64,000 nucleotides of DNA, from positions 2,304,001-2,368,000 of the forward strand of contig OZ271854.1 of NCBI GenBank assembly GCA_965601925.1, written 5' to 3'. The notes under the pieces are model-generated. The model was not told the DNA's origin. It worked only from the letters and a program-made list of their open reading frames with translations, and did no database searches. Both the position numbers and the translations under genes were made by a program. This DNA comes from Alkalispirochaeta sp. GTDB taxonomy: Bacteria; Spirochaetota; Spirochaetia; DSM-27196; Alkalispirochaetaceae. Shown piece by piece: positions 38,835 through 48,175 of the stretch (position 1 is its first letter; every line of letters begins with the position of its first letter).

Positions 38835-40268
38835 TTACCCGTATGTTTCGACGTAGGCCTCAAAGGCGTCGTGGAAGCACGTTTCCGGCGGCTTTACGAG
38901 ACCTGCGCCGACCATTCCGACACCCGGGTCTTTGTGCGCGATACCGGTATTGATCGCGGGGAGTACGCCCGTTTCCACCACCTTGACGACGTCGATCGCC
39001 GTCGGCGTGCCGCGAAAATCCATCGCCGGAATCTGATACGCATCGTTCTCGGCCATCGTAATCTCATACATCTGACGGGTAACGTTCAACGCATCGGCCG
39101 GCTTGCCGCCTACGAACTTGACGATCGCCGGGGCCGCCGCCATCGCAAAGCCCCCGATACCGCTCGTTTCGGTGATGACTGAGTCTCCGATGTCTCGCGC
39201 TGCGTCGTCTGCGGTGAAACCGGGAAGATAGAGCCCGTCGATCACCGACGCCGGTCCGGTGAACCATCGATCGGGCATCGATGAGATGCGGATACCGAAC
39301 TCCGTTCCGTTACGCGCCATGGTATAGATGAACGAACTCCCATCGATACCGGCCGCCGCGTCGACGGTGCACTTCGCCGCCGGCATCGTCAGGTTGAGAA
39401 AGAAGTGATCGTTCTCGTGCATGAAGCGCAGTACGCGCGCGATCTTCTCCCGCGGCTCCTCAAGCATCACCAAGTACGGCGCCGTCTCCCGAATGAAAAG
39501 ACTCGTGCCGGCGCGATTACGATTGTGTCCCTCATCGCCCATTTGAAGCACTTGGGCGATGAGGTTTTTCATATCTATCGGGCCGTGGGCCCGCAACGCT
39601 GCGCCCAAGATCGGCGCGAGTTCGTCCGCCATCCACCTAAGGCGGTCGATCACCTCTTGTGAGTTGGCTCCGTAGCGCAGCACCTTGCCCAGTCCTTCGT
39701 TGAGTGTGCAGTAGGCACGGTTACCGAACGCGGCGTTCTCCATGATCCATACGGGCATACTGGCGGTCACCACGCCCGCCATGGGGCCGACGGCGCTATG
39801 GTGATGACACGGATCGAACGTTATCTCTCCGGACGCCGCGAGCTTCTCGGCTTCCTCTCGATCGGATGCCAGTCCTTCGTATATCAGACCGCCGATTACC
39901 GCACCGCGCAGCGGACCGGACATGTCGAACCACTCCACCGGCGGCCCGGCGTGGAGGATGAGTTTCTTGTGCATACCGGGAACCACGTCGGCGGCGATGC
40001 CGATATCGACGAGGGTAGGCTTGCCGGCCTGCACGCGTCGTACCGCCTCTGCGTTGGCCTCCTTGCGGTTGAGCGTACCCGACGCTTCGGCCGCCTCGAG
40101 ACGATCGAAGAGCGAGATCAAATGAGCGTTGCCCCCGGCCGGCGGTCGCCAGTCCACCTGAAGCGTTCGTACGTCCAGGGACCGAAGTGTATCCGCAAAT
40201 CCTTCGAGTCCCAGATTGACGACTTTGAGATCTTGTTTGAATAGATCGTTAATGCTCTTGACGTTCAT
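38835..40268 (-). CDS. ylbE: DUF1116 protein (YlbE/YahG; AllG-like carbamoyltransferase subunit)
   Basis: ILHAGPP, PCHHHSAVGPMAG, LQMGDEGHNRN, MARNG, DIGDSVITET and INTGIAH. Confidence 0.88.
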   Translation of the reverse strand: MNVKSINDLFKQDLKVVNLGLEGFADTLRSLDVRTLQVDWRPPAGGNAHLISLFDRLEAAEASGTLNRKEANAEAVRRVQAGKPTLVDIGIAADVVPGMHKKLILHAGPPVEWFDMSGPLRGAVIGGLIYEGLASDREEAEKLAASGEITFDPCHHHSAVGPMAGVVTASMPVWIMENAAFGNRAYCTLNEGLGKVLRYGANSQEVIDRLRWMADELAPILGAALRAHGPIDMKNLIAQVLQMGDEGHNRNRAGTSLFIRETAPYLVMLEEPREKIARVLRFMHENDHFFLNLTMPAAKCTVDAAAGIDGSSFIYTMARNGTEFGIRISSMPDRWFTGPASVIDGLYLPGFTADDAARDIGDSVITETSGIGGFAMAAAPAIVKFVGGKPADALNVTRQMYEITMAENDAYQIPAMDFRGTPTAIDVVKVVETGVLPAINTGIAHKDPGVGMVGAGLVKPPETCFHDAFEAYVETYG

Positions 40269-40279
40269 GGTGTGCTCCT

Positions 40280-41845
40280 TCAGCGCGATCCCAATGCGGC
40301 CATAATCCGCCCCGCGAGCCGTGCCGCTTGATGGTTCGACGGCATGACGACCGCTCCCGCATCTTCCAGCGTACTGCGTTGCGTCGACAGACGTTGGACG
40401 TCTCCCTCGGTGCCGGTTACGCTCGCCACGACGGCCAGATAGCCGCCGCGTTGTGCCGCCGCCTCTTTCATCATCCGGATCGCCGGGGCGAGCGCGCCCG
40501 CGGGGTCGGGATGGCTGCCGTATCCGATAACGCAGTCCAAAATGACGACCGCCACCTCGGTGTCGGCAGCCTCTCGCTCCATGCGTTCGGTGCGTATGGA
40601 CGGATCGATCATCGGGTGCGGCCGTCCGACGGTAAAGATATCTTCGCCCAGATCCACGATCGTGTGTTGTTGCGAGACGTGCGGATCGCGCAGCGCAAAT
40701 TGTCGGTCCGCGGGATCGAAGGAGTGCACGCCGCCCAACGCATCGTTGAGCACGAAGACGGCCTCGTCGGTGAGCGTTCCGCCGGTGAAGTAACCGCGCA
40801 GATACCGTTGGCCCGATGCGATGCTCGCGGTCTCCCGTTCGACAATTGCGTCGATGTGTTCGTCCGAGAGCGCAAAGGGCCGTTCACGATATGATCTCCC
40901 TTTCGCGAGCGCAACGGCCGAGAGGGCGGCCTCTTCCAGGTTGCCGGCGTAGTGGAGTGTGCTGCCGGTCGCCGACGCGTCTCGTTGTAACCCGATGAGG
41001 TGCACGACCGCCGGCTTACCCGTCTTCTCGAGCGAGGCGAGCACCGTGTCGGCCACCGCCGGCGCAGGGGGCTTCGAGATGACGACGATGACCTTCGTCT
41101 CATCGTCCGCGGCAAGCGCCTCGATGGCCATCAGCGTCGTCGATCCGCCGACCTCTTCACTTTTGAGATCACGGCCTCCGGTACCGATCGCCTGCCGTAC
41201 TCCGCCTCCCGCCTTCGCAATCAGACTCGTAACTTCCTGTAATCCGGTGCCGGACGCGCTCACAACGCCGATCGATCCCTCCGGCACTACATTGGCGAAG
41301 CACAGAGGCTTACCGTTAATGATTGCCGTGCCGCAGTCGGGACCCATCATGAGTAAGCCTCGCTCGCGGGCGATTCGCTTGAGTGCGACCTCCTCGTCGA
41401 GCCCGACATTGTCGGAGAACATCATAACGTGACGGCCGGATACGAGCGCCTTGCGCGCCTCACGTGCGGCGTACTGTCCGGGGAGCGATATTACAACCAG
41501 GTTCGCGTCGCTCATCGCCTCGAACGCCGCGGCCGTGCTCGCCGGACGCCATCGCTCTCCTTCGCCCTCGTCGGCTTTTTTGCGGAGGAGCGCGTCGACC
41601 GTCTCTTCGGCGATCGATGCAACGTCCGCGGAGTCCGCATCGACGGCGATGATAAGATCGTTGGCGGTCGCGCCGTCAAGCTCGGTTCCGCCCAGCTTCA
41701 TGTCGTTCAGAAGATCGAGGTTCATCTCGGTTCCCATAGCGACGACCGCCTCCGAGATACCCTCCATCTTTTTTATGTCGGCGCTGATCAACATGAGGAA
41801 CACCGAATCGTAGTATGAGTCCTTGCGTAGGATGATCCGCTTCAT
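40280..41845 (-). CDS. fdrA: FdrA/YahF acyl-CoA-synthetase-like protein (AllF-like)
   Basis: YYDSVFLM, MFSDNV, MGPDCGT, SASGTG, GTGGRD and GRPHPMIDP. Start at ATG 41845. Confidence 0.9.
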   Translation of the reverse strand: MKRIILRKDSYYDSVFLMLISADIKKMEGISEAVVAMGTEMNLDLLNDMKLGGTELDGATANDLIIAVDADSADVASIAEETVDALLRKKADEGEGERWRPASTAAAFEAMSDANLVVISLPGQYAAREARKALVSGRHVMMFSDNVGLDEEVALKRIARERGLLMMGPDCGTAIINGKPLCFANVVPEGSIGVVSASGTGLQEVTSLIAKAGGGVRQAIGTGGRDLKSEEVGGSTTLMAIEALAADDETKVIVVISKPPAPAVADTVLASLEKTGKPAVVHLIGLQRDASATGSTLHYAGNLEEAALSAVALAKGRSYRERPFALSDEHIDAIVERETASIASGQRYLRGYFTGGTLTDEAVFVLNDALGGVHSFDPADRQFALRDPHVSQQHTIVDLGEDIFTVGRPHPMIDPSIRTERMEREAADTEVAVVILDCVIGYGSHPDPAGALAPAIRMMKEAAAQRGGYLAVVASVTGTEGDVQRLSTQRSTLEDAGAVVMPSNHQAARLAGRIMAALGSR

Positions 41846-41898
41846 CGTGAACCTCTCTTTCCGTGGTACGTAGACGCTATACCCGCCGGCGATTCGTG

Positions 41899-42759
41899 TC
41901 AAACCGACGGCACGGTGTCGTCTCGCGGTCGAACCTGTAGTCCCCATAAGAGCCCCGTCAGAGCGTCGAGTCCGGAGCTGTGGCCGTGCGAACGTGCGAT
42001 TCTAATAGCCTCCGCGACGCGTCCCGTGGCGAGCGCATCTACGATGCGCAGTTGGTAGGTCGGCGGATAGCCGGCCAGCGCGACGCGCAAGAGCGAGGCG
42101 CCGCCGGCGGTAGTCTTGGACAACGCGCGTTCTACCTCGTCGTGGTCTACGAGCCGTGTGCCGAGGAGGATTTCGGCGGCGAGCACACCGCTGACGAAAT
42201 CGTCTCCCGACGGTGTAAACCCGCCGCCCAACCCCACCAGGCGGGCGATCGCACGGGATCGTGGGGTCGACCCGCCGTACAGCGTCGCGACGGCACGGTG
42301 GACGAAGGGGTCGTCGTCGAATCGACGGCTGTGTTCCGAGGACGCGGGATCGATAAGGAGTGCTACGAAGCCGATCGTCCCGTGGTCGATAAGGAGGCGG
42401 TCCCGGGCCGTCGATATCGTGCGTGTCGACGGACGGGTCGTCGGTGAGGGGCGCGGCGGCGTCGGCCCGCGCTCAACGGGGAACGACGTCTCAGCGTTTC
42501 CGACGACGAGCACTCCCTCGGCCGTTAAGAGCACCGGAACGGTCGTCCCTTCGCTCCGCGTCGCCGTCGTAATGACGGGCCACATCGCGTGGGGCACCGC
42601 AATGGATAGTTCGGTCCAATCTCCGCGATCGCGCGTCAATGAGACGAAGTACGCGCCGCGCCGGTCCCGTAGCGCGATATTGACGGCTGCGTCGTGAACA
42701 CTCGCGACGGTTCCCGCGAAGCGTTCGGGGACGAGCTTTCCACGCGTTAGCTGGGCCAT
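41899..42759 (-). CDS. ylbF: DUF2877 protein (YlbF/YahE; AllH-like)
   Basis: LVGLGGGFTPSGDD and GHSSGLD. Confidence 0.85.
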   Translation of the reverse strand: MAQLTRGKLVPERFAGTVASVHDAAVNIALRDRRGAYFVSLTRDRGDWTELSIAVPHAMWPVITTATRSEGTTVPVLLTAEGVLVVGNAETSFPVERGPTPPRPSPTTRPSTRTISTARDRLLIDHGTIGFVALLIDPASSEHSRRFDDDPFVHRAVATLYGGSTPRSRAIARLVGLGGGFTPSGDDFVSGVLAAEILLGTRLVDHDEVERALSKTTAGGASLLRVALAGYPPTYQLRIVDALATGRVAEAIRIARSHGHSSGLDALTGLLWGLQVRPRDDTVPSV

Positions 42760-42797
42760 GGCGCCTCCGCTTCTCCGTCGGCCGATGCCGGAGAATG

Positions 42798-42825
42798 AAA
42801 AACCTCCGCCGGTTCGGCGGAGGTT
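42798..42825 (-). terminator. Rho-independent terminator after the permease gene
   Basis: 11-bp stem AACCTCCGCCG/CGGCGGAGGTT with a 3-nt loop and a T run on the minus strand. Confidence 0.75.
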
Positions 42826-42890
42826 CGGCAGGTTGTCGATGAGGGATACGAGTCGCCTCTCGTCGGTACGGGCGGCTCGCTTACTCGCGG

Positions 42891-44114
42891 TCAGGCGCTC
42901 TTGAAGCTCTTGAAGTTGATGAGGATGTTGAGAGCGATTCCGACGATCGCCGACAGGGCGAGGCCGGAGAAGGTCACCTGGCCGAGACTGAACTCGGCTC
43001 CGCCGAGACCGAGCACGAGCATAGCTGCGGATATGATCAGCGGTTGCGGCTTGTTCATGTCGACCTGCGCCTCAACCATGTTGCGGATACCGATCGCCGA
43101 GATCATACCGAAGAGCAGGATCGATATACCGCCGATGACCGAGCCCGGTATGGTGCCGATGAGTGCCGTGAACTTGGGAATCACCGAGAGCACGATCGCG
43201 AAGATCGCGGCGATGCGCATAACGAGCGGATTGTATACTCCGGTCAAGGCGACCGCGCCGGTGTTCTCGCTATAGGTGGTGTTTGCTGGGCCACCGAGAA
43301 GTGCGGAGAGCGACGTCGCGAGACCGTCACCGAGGAGGGTGCGATTGACGCCCGGATCGTCCAGGAAGTCTTTCTTTACGACGTTTCCGATAGCGATCAC
43401 GTCGCCGAAGTGTTCCACCATCGTCACCAACGCGACGGGAACGATCAACGCCATGGCGCCGCCGGCGAACTTGGGAAACATAAACTCGGGGAGTCCTATC
43501 CAACGCGCCTCACCGACGCTCGAAAAGTCGACCGCACCGGCGATGAGGGCGATGACGTACCCGATCACGAGGGCGAATAAGACGGGAAGCATCGAGAGAA
43601 ACTTGAAGCCGATACGCTCGAATCCGACCTTCACGAATACGCCGACCGCGAATGTAATGACGGCGATCGTCCAGTTGCTGCTGGCGCTGCCGACGGCGAC
43701 CGGTGCGAGGCTCATACCGATGAGGATGATGATCGGCCCGGTAACGTGGGGGGGCAGGATTTTGTGCAAGACGTCGTGGGAGACGAAGGTAAAGATGAGC
43801 GATACCACGGCATACACGAGACCCGCGATGAGGATACCTCCGGTCGCGTAGGCAAGGTCGCCGCCGAAGTTTTCGGCTACGGCCAGTATCGGCGGTATGA
43901 ACGCGAACGAGCTGCCCAAAAAGACGGGGACTTTGAATTTCGTCAGTACGTGGAATAACAGCGTTCCCAGCCCCGCAGCGAATAGCGCCACGCCGACGCT
44001 GAGCCCGGTGATTATCGGCACCAGAACGGTAGCACCGAACATCACGAAGGTGTGCTGCAAGCCCAGGATTACCGTCTGTCCGCTAATCCCTTCCTGTTTG
44101 ATCGTGTCGGACAT
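42891..44114 (-). CDS. NCS2 nucleobase permease, UraA/PyrP (uracil) type
   Basis: GLQH, FLGSSFAF, EHFGD and signature NTTYSEN. Glu at this position matches UraA; xanthine/urate transporters have Gln. Confidence 0.88.
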   Translation of the reverse strand: MSDTIKQEGISGQTVILGLQHTFVMFGATVLVPIITGLSVGVALFAAGLGTLLFHVLTKFKVPVFLGSSFAFIPPILAVAENFGGDLAYATGGILIAGLVYAVVSLIFTFVSHDVLHKILPPHVTGPIIILIGMSLAPVAVGSASSNWTIAVITFAVGVFVKVGFERIGFKFLSMLPVLFALVIGYVIALIAGAVDFSSVGEARWIGLPEFMFPKFAGGAMALIVPVALVTMVEHFGDVIAIGNVVKKDFLDDPGVNRTLLGDGLATSLSALLGGPANTTYSENTGAVALTGVYNPLVMRIAAIFAIVLSVIPKFTALIGTIPGSVIGGISILLFGMISAIGIRNMVEAQVDMNKPQPLIISAAMLVLGLGGAEFSLGQVTFSGLALSAIVGIALNILINFKSFKSA

Positions 44115-44180
44115 AGAAGCGACTCCTTACCTCTTGGTATGTTGAAGGCCGACGGCCCTCGTGAACGTAGTAATCATTTC

Positions 44181-44208
44181 AGTGTACATGCCATTTCGTA
44201 TTAATCAA
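44181..44208 (-). promoter_or_regulatory. Putative sigma70 promoter of the permease-ylbF-fdrA-ylbE unit
   Basis: TTGATT-N16-TACACT on the minus strand. Confidence 0.5.
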
Positions 44209-44289
44209 GGGCATTCGGCCCACAGCCGACACCATTGCGGGACCGCTTCCATTCCCGTGCGGCGGCTCGGCGAGCTCAGTTGCACTTTC

Positions 44290-44318
44290 TTGACAACCCC
44301 GAGGAGTGGGCGTACCGT
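44290..44318 (+). promoter_or_regulatory. Putative sigma70 promoter of the decarboxylase operon
   Basis: TTGACA-N17-TACCGT, 35 nt upstream of TTG 44354. Confidence 0.6.
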
Positions 44319-44353
44319 TCAGATACTCATCACGATAGAGAGAAGGAGAACGT

Positions 44354-45916
44354 TTGGACAGGCGAGAGGCGATCCGACATATGCGCGAGATGCGCGAGCG
44401 TGTGTCGCGCGGCGGCGGCGAAGCGCGTATCGATGCGCAACACGCGAAGGGTAAGTTGAGCGTCCGGGAACGCCTGGATCTTCTCCTCGACGAGTCGAGC
44501 CTCATAGAACACCAAACGTACATGAAAGGGCGATTCACCGCCTTCGGCCTCGACGAGCGACGCTTACCCGGAGACGGCGTCGTAAGCGGAAGCGGTCTCG
44601 TCGACGGCAGGCAGATTTTTTTCTCGTCCCAAGACTTCACCGTCCTGGGAGGTTCGCTGGGGGAGCAACACGCCGAGCGTATCGCCGAGGCGCTGACGCT
44701 CTCTCTCAAGACCGGTACACCCTTCGTGCAGATCAACGATTCCGGGGGCGCGCGCATTCAAGAAGGTGTACTCTCGCTCCACGGCTACGCCAAGATTTTT
44801 CGCGCCAATACACTCGCCTCCGGTGTGGTCCCGCAGATTTCGGTCATTCTCGGACCGTGCGCCGGGGGTGCCGTGTACTCGCCGGGTATCACCGATTTCG
44901 TCTTCATGGTGGACGGCATAAGCAACATGTACATCACCGGCCCCGACGTCATTCGCGCGGTCACCGGCGAGGAGATCACCCACGAGGAGTTGGGGGGCGC
45001 CGCGGCCCACGCGGTCAAAAGCGGGGTAGCACACTTTCGGTACGCTACCGAGGAGGCGTGCATGGTAGGGGTCAGGCGGCTCCTGTCGTACCTTCCGTCC
45101 AATAATCGGGAGGCTCCACCGCGTATCGGGAGCGATGAGACCGGTCGGGACGACCCGGATCGCAGCGTACCGGAGGTGCTCGATATCGTCGCCGACGACG
45201 AACGCACCGGGTACGACGTGCGAGCGCTCATCGGCGTCGTGTTCGATGCGAAGAGTTTTATGGAGGTCCACGCCGAGTACGCCGCCAATGTGGTGGTCGG
45301 CTTCGCTCGACTGGCGGGGCGCACCGTCGGGATATTTGCCAACCAGCCGATGGTGACCGCCGCCGCGCTCGACGTCAACGCGAGCGACAAGGGGTCGCGT
45401 TTCATTCGGTTCTGCGACGCCTTCGGCATTCCGGTCGTTACCCTCGTCGACGTCCCCGGCTTTCTGCCCGGTGTGGCGCAGGAACACGGTGGGATCATCC
45501 GTCACGGCGCCAAGATTCTCTATGCCATCGCCGAGGCGACCGTACCCAAAATAGCCATGGTGATTCGCAAAGCGTACGGCGGCGCGTACATCGCGATGGC
45601 GGCAAAGGGACTGGGGTACGATCGCGTGTTGGCGTGGCCGACGGCGCAGATCGCCGTAATGGGACCCGAGGGCGCCGCCAACGTCGTGTTTCGCAAGGAA
45701 ATAGCGGCGGCCGACGATCCGGCCGAGATGCGGCGCCGCAAAATCGTCGAGTTTACCGAGAGCGTGACCGACCCGTTCGTCGCCGCCGGCTACGGGTACG
45801 TCGACGAGGTAATCGACCCGGTCCATAGTCGCGCGGAGTTGATTCGCTCCCTCGAGATGCTCGCCCGCAAGGACGAAGAGCGTCCGTGGCGTAAACACGG
45901 GAACATACCCCTATAG
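44354..45916 (+). CDS. mmdA: Acyl-CoA carboxyltransferase (methylmalonyl-CoA decarboxylase alpha subunit)
   Basis: QDFTVLGGSLG, DSGGARIQEG, GPCAGGAVYSP and KHGNIPL; AAGGAG RBS. Confidence 0.9.
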   Translation: MDRREAIRHMREMRERVSRGGGEARIDAQHAKGKLSVRERLDLLLDESSLIEHQTYMKGRFTAFGLDERRLPGDGVVSGSGLVDGRQIFFSSQDFTVLGGSLGEQHAERIAEALTLSLKTGTPFVQINDSGGARIQEGVLSLHGYAKIFRANTLASGVVPQISVILGPCAGGAVYSPGITDFVFMVDGISNMYITGPDVIRAVTGEEITHEELGGAAAHAVKSGVAHFRYATEEACMVGVRRLLSYLPSNNREAPPRIGSDETGRDDPDRSVPEVLDIVADDERTGYDVRALIGVVFDAKSFMEVHAEYAANVVVGFARLAGRTVGIFANQPMVTAAALDVNASDKGSRFIRFCDAFGIPVVTLVDVPGFLPGVAQEHGGIIRHGAKILYAIAEATVPKIAMVIRKAYGGAYIAMAAKGLGYDRVLAWPTAQIAVMGPEGAANVVFRKEIAAADDPAEMRRRKIVEFTESVTDPFVAAGYGYVDEVIDPVHSRAELIRSLEMLARKDEERPWRKHGNIPL

Positions 45917-45923
45917 GGACGCT

Positions 45924-46226
45924 ATGAATACCGAGTCGTTCGGATATGCGGTGCTTTCCGCGCTCGTCGGCATGGCGATCGTGTTTATCTTTCTCGTCGT
46001 CCTGAGCGCGATCATGGTCGTGCTCCGACGGGTGTTTGACGCTCCGGCGAGGAACGAGTCTTCCTCTCGCGGCGAGGCGGCCGCCGTAGACCTGATGCGG
46101 GAGACGCCCTCCTCGGCCGGCGATCCGCCGCAGTGGGTAATCGCAGGCGTCATGGCCTACTTGTCGTCGGAGGAGCAGAACAGCGCGCCGCACGCCGGTG
46201 TATGGACGAAATGGGGAAGGCAATGA
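45924..46226 (+). CDS. mmdD: OadG/MmdD-family decarboxylase membrane anchor subunit
   Basis: GMAIVFIFLVVL TM, VIAGVMAY and C-terminal W..WGR; operon position. Confidence 0.8.
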   Translation: MNTESFGYAVLSALVGMAIVFIFLVVLSAIMVVLRRVFDAPARNESSSRGEAAAVDLMRETPSSAGDPPQWVIAGVMAYLSSEEQNSAPHAGVWTKWGRQ

Positions 46227-46690
46227 AGCGAGAGTTTACGCTCGATATCGACGGTCGACAGGTCACCGTAACGGTCGTGCGCGAAGGTGACACGATTCGC
46301 GTCGAGCGCGACGGAGAGGAGTATCGCGTACGCGTCCTCGCCGAGTCGGTAATCGGGGTGCAGTCGGCCCTCCGAGAACCGACCGGTAACGCCGGGCCCG
46401 CCGCCGAGGGGGTGATCGGCCGCCAACGGCCGGACTCCGTCTCCTCCGAGCACGACGAGGGTGGACGGTGGGAGGTCGCCTCCCCCATGACCGGCGTAGT
46501 CGACCAAATTCTGGTGAGTAAGGGGACGCGCGTCGTCGAGGGCGAGCGTATTGTCGTACTCGAGGCGATGAAGATGTTCATCGACGTCATGGCACCTGCG
46601 ACCGGTCGCGTTACGGAGATCTCCGTAACGCTGGGAGACAGCGTCCGCGAGAAGCAACCGCTACTCGTAATCGACGGTACGGCGGGATAG
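46223..46690 (+). CDS. mmdC: Biotin carboxyl carrier subunit
   Basis: SPMTG and EAMKM biotinylation motif; ATGA overlap with the upstream gene. Confidence 0.9.
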   Translation: MKREFTLDIDGRQVTVTVVREGDTIRVERDGEEYRVRVLAESVIGVQSALREPTGNAGPAAEGVIGRQRPDSVSSEHDEGGRWEVASPMTGVVDQILVSKGTRVVEGERIVVLEAMKMFIDVMAPATGRVTEISVTLGDSVREKQPLLVIDGTAG

Positions 46691-46694
46691 CCCC

Positions 46695-47804
46695 GTGGAG
46701 ATACTCCAGGACTTCATTCGGTCCACCGCCTTTCCGGCCCTGAGTTGGCAGACGGTGGTCATGCTTGCCGTGAGCGTGCTGTTACTCTATCTGGGAATAG
46801 CCCGCAAGTACGAGCCGCTCTTGTTGGTTCCGATCGGATTCGGCGCCCTTCTCGCAAACATTCCCCTCGCCGATATGACCGTCGAGGGCGGCTTACTGTA
46901 CTATTTTTATTTCGGCATCGACGCCGGTATATTCCCGCCTCTGATCTTTCTGGGTGTCGGTGCGATGACCGATTTCGGGCCGCTTCTGGCAAAGCCCAAC
47001 ACCTTTTTACTCGGTGCGGCGGCGCAGTTCGGTATTTTCGGTACGCTCCTCGGCGCGCGTTTGCTGGGTTTCGACTTTGCCGAGGCCGCATCGATCGCGA
47101 TCATCGGGGGCGCGGACGGCCCCACGGCAATCTATCTGACCTCGCGGCTTGCCGACCACCTCTTGGGGCCGATCGCGGTGGCCGCCTACTCCTACATGGC
47201 GCTCGTTCCGGTGATCCAGCCGCCCATTATTCGGCTCCTTACCTCGAAAAAAGAGCGTATGGTCGTCATGAGCGACGTCACACCGGTGTCGCAGCGGGTA
47301 AAGATCGTATTCCCGATCGCCACCACGATCGTGATCGCTCTCTTTGTGCCGGCGGCCACCCCGTTGGTGGGTATGCTCATGCTCGGAAATCTTCTCCGTG
47401 AGGCGGGAGTCGTGGAGCGCCTTTCAAAGACGGCGCAAAACGAGCTCATTAACATCGTGACCATCCTTTTGGGAGTGAGCGTCGGAAGCCAGATGTCCGC
47501 AGCCGAGTTTCTCTCCGTGGAAACGCTCTTGATCATCGGTCTGGGCCTGCTCGCCTTCTCGGTGGGAACCGCGAGCGGAGTTCTTTTGGGTAAGCTCATG
47601 TACGTGCTCTCCGGGGGCACGATTAATCCTATGATCGGCGCCGCCGGCGTCTCCGCGGTACCGATGGCCGCCCGGGTAGTGCAAAAGGTCGGCCAAGAGG
47701 ACAATCCGCGTAACTTTCTTCTCATGAATGCTATGGGCCCGAACGTTGCCGGTGTGATAGGTTCGGCCGTCGCCGCCGGTGTCCTGTTGGCGTTGGCGCG
47801 TTAA
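46695..47804 (+). CDS. mmdB: Na+-translocating decarboxylase beta subunit
   Basis: [30 protein letters not shown] and MGPNVAG. Confidence 0.95.
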   Translation: MEILQDFIRSTAFPALSWQTVVMLAVSVLLLYLGIARKYEPLLLVPIGFGALLANIPLADMTVEGGLLYYFYFGIDAGIFPPLIFLGVGAMTDFGPLLAKPNTFLLGAAAQFGIFGTLLGARLLGFDFAEAASIAIIGGADGPTAIYLTSRLADHLLGPIAVAAYSYMALVPVIQPPIIRLLTSKKERMVVMSDVTPVSQRVKIVFPIATTIVIALFVPAATPLVGMLMLGNLLREAGVVERLSKTAQNELINIVTILLGVSVGSQMSAAEFLSVETLLIIGLGLLAFSVGTASGVLLGKLMYVLSGGTINPMIGAAGVSAVPMAARVVQKVGQEDNPRNFLLMNAMGPNVAGVIGSAVAAGVLLALAR

Positions 47805-48175
47805 GCGCCGTTTACCGCACCGATACCGACGTAGCTCACGGCCGCAACCGGACATCCGGCGGACCCGTTGTACCGCCCGTAGACTCGATTCGCTCCCATG
47901 GACATCAAGGTCAACGCCCCGCGCCCTCGATGCCCCGCGGGGCGTTTTGGTAGGCGGTGCTCGAAGATGGAGCCTGTGGTGCATGGGCAACTCATCGCGC
48001 GTCGTTTGCCGTCCGTGAATATCCCACGATATTATTCAACATACTCCACGTGCGTCGCGCTGGGGTCGATCGGACGTTTGTATGCCGACGGACCGATACC
48101 GACGCCGAGTGATACCAGTAGGAGACGCGTCCGGATCGCCCGACGAGCGTCGCCGGATGGAGCAGAGGAGATCGC

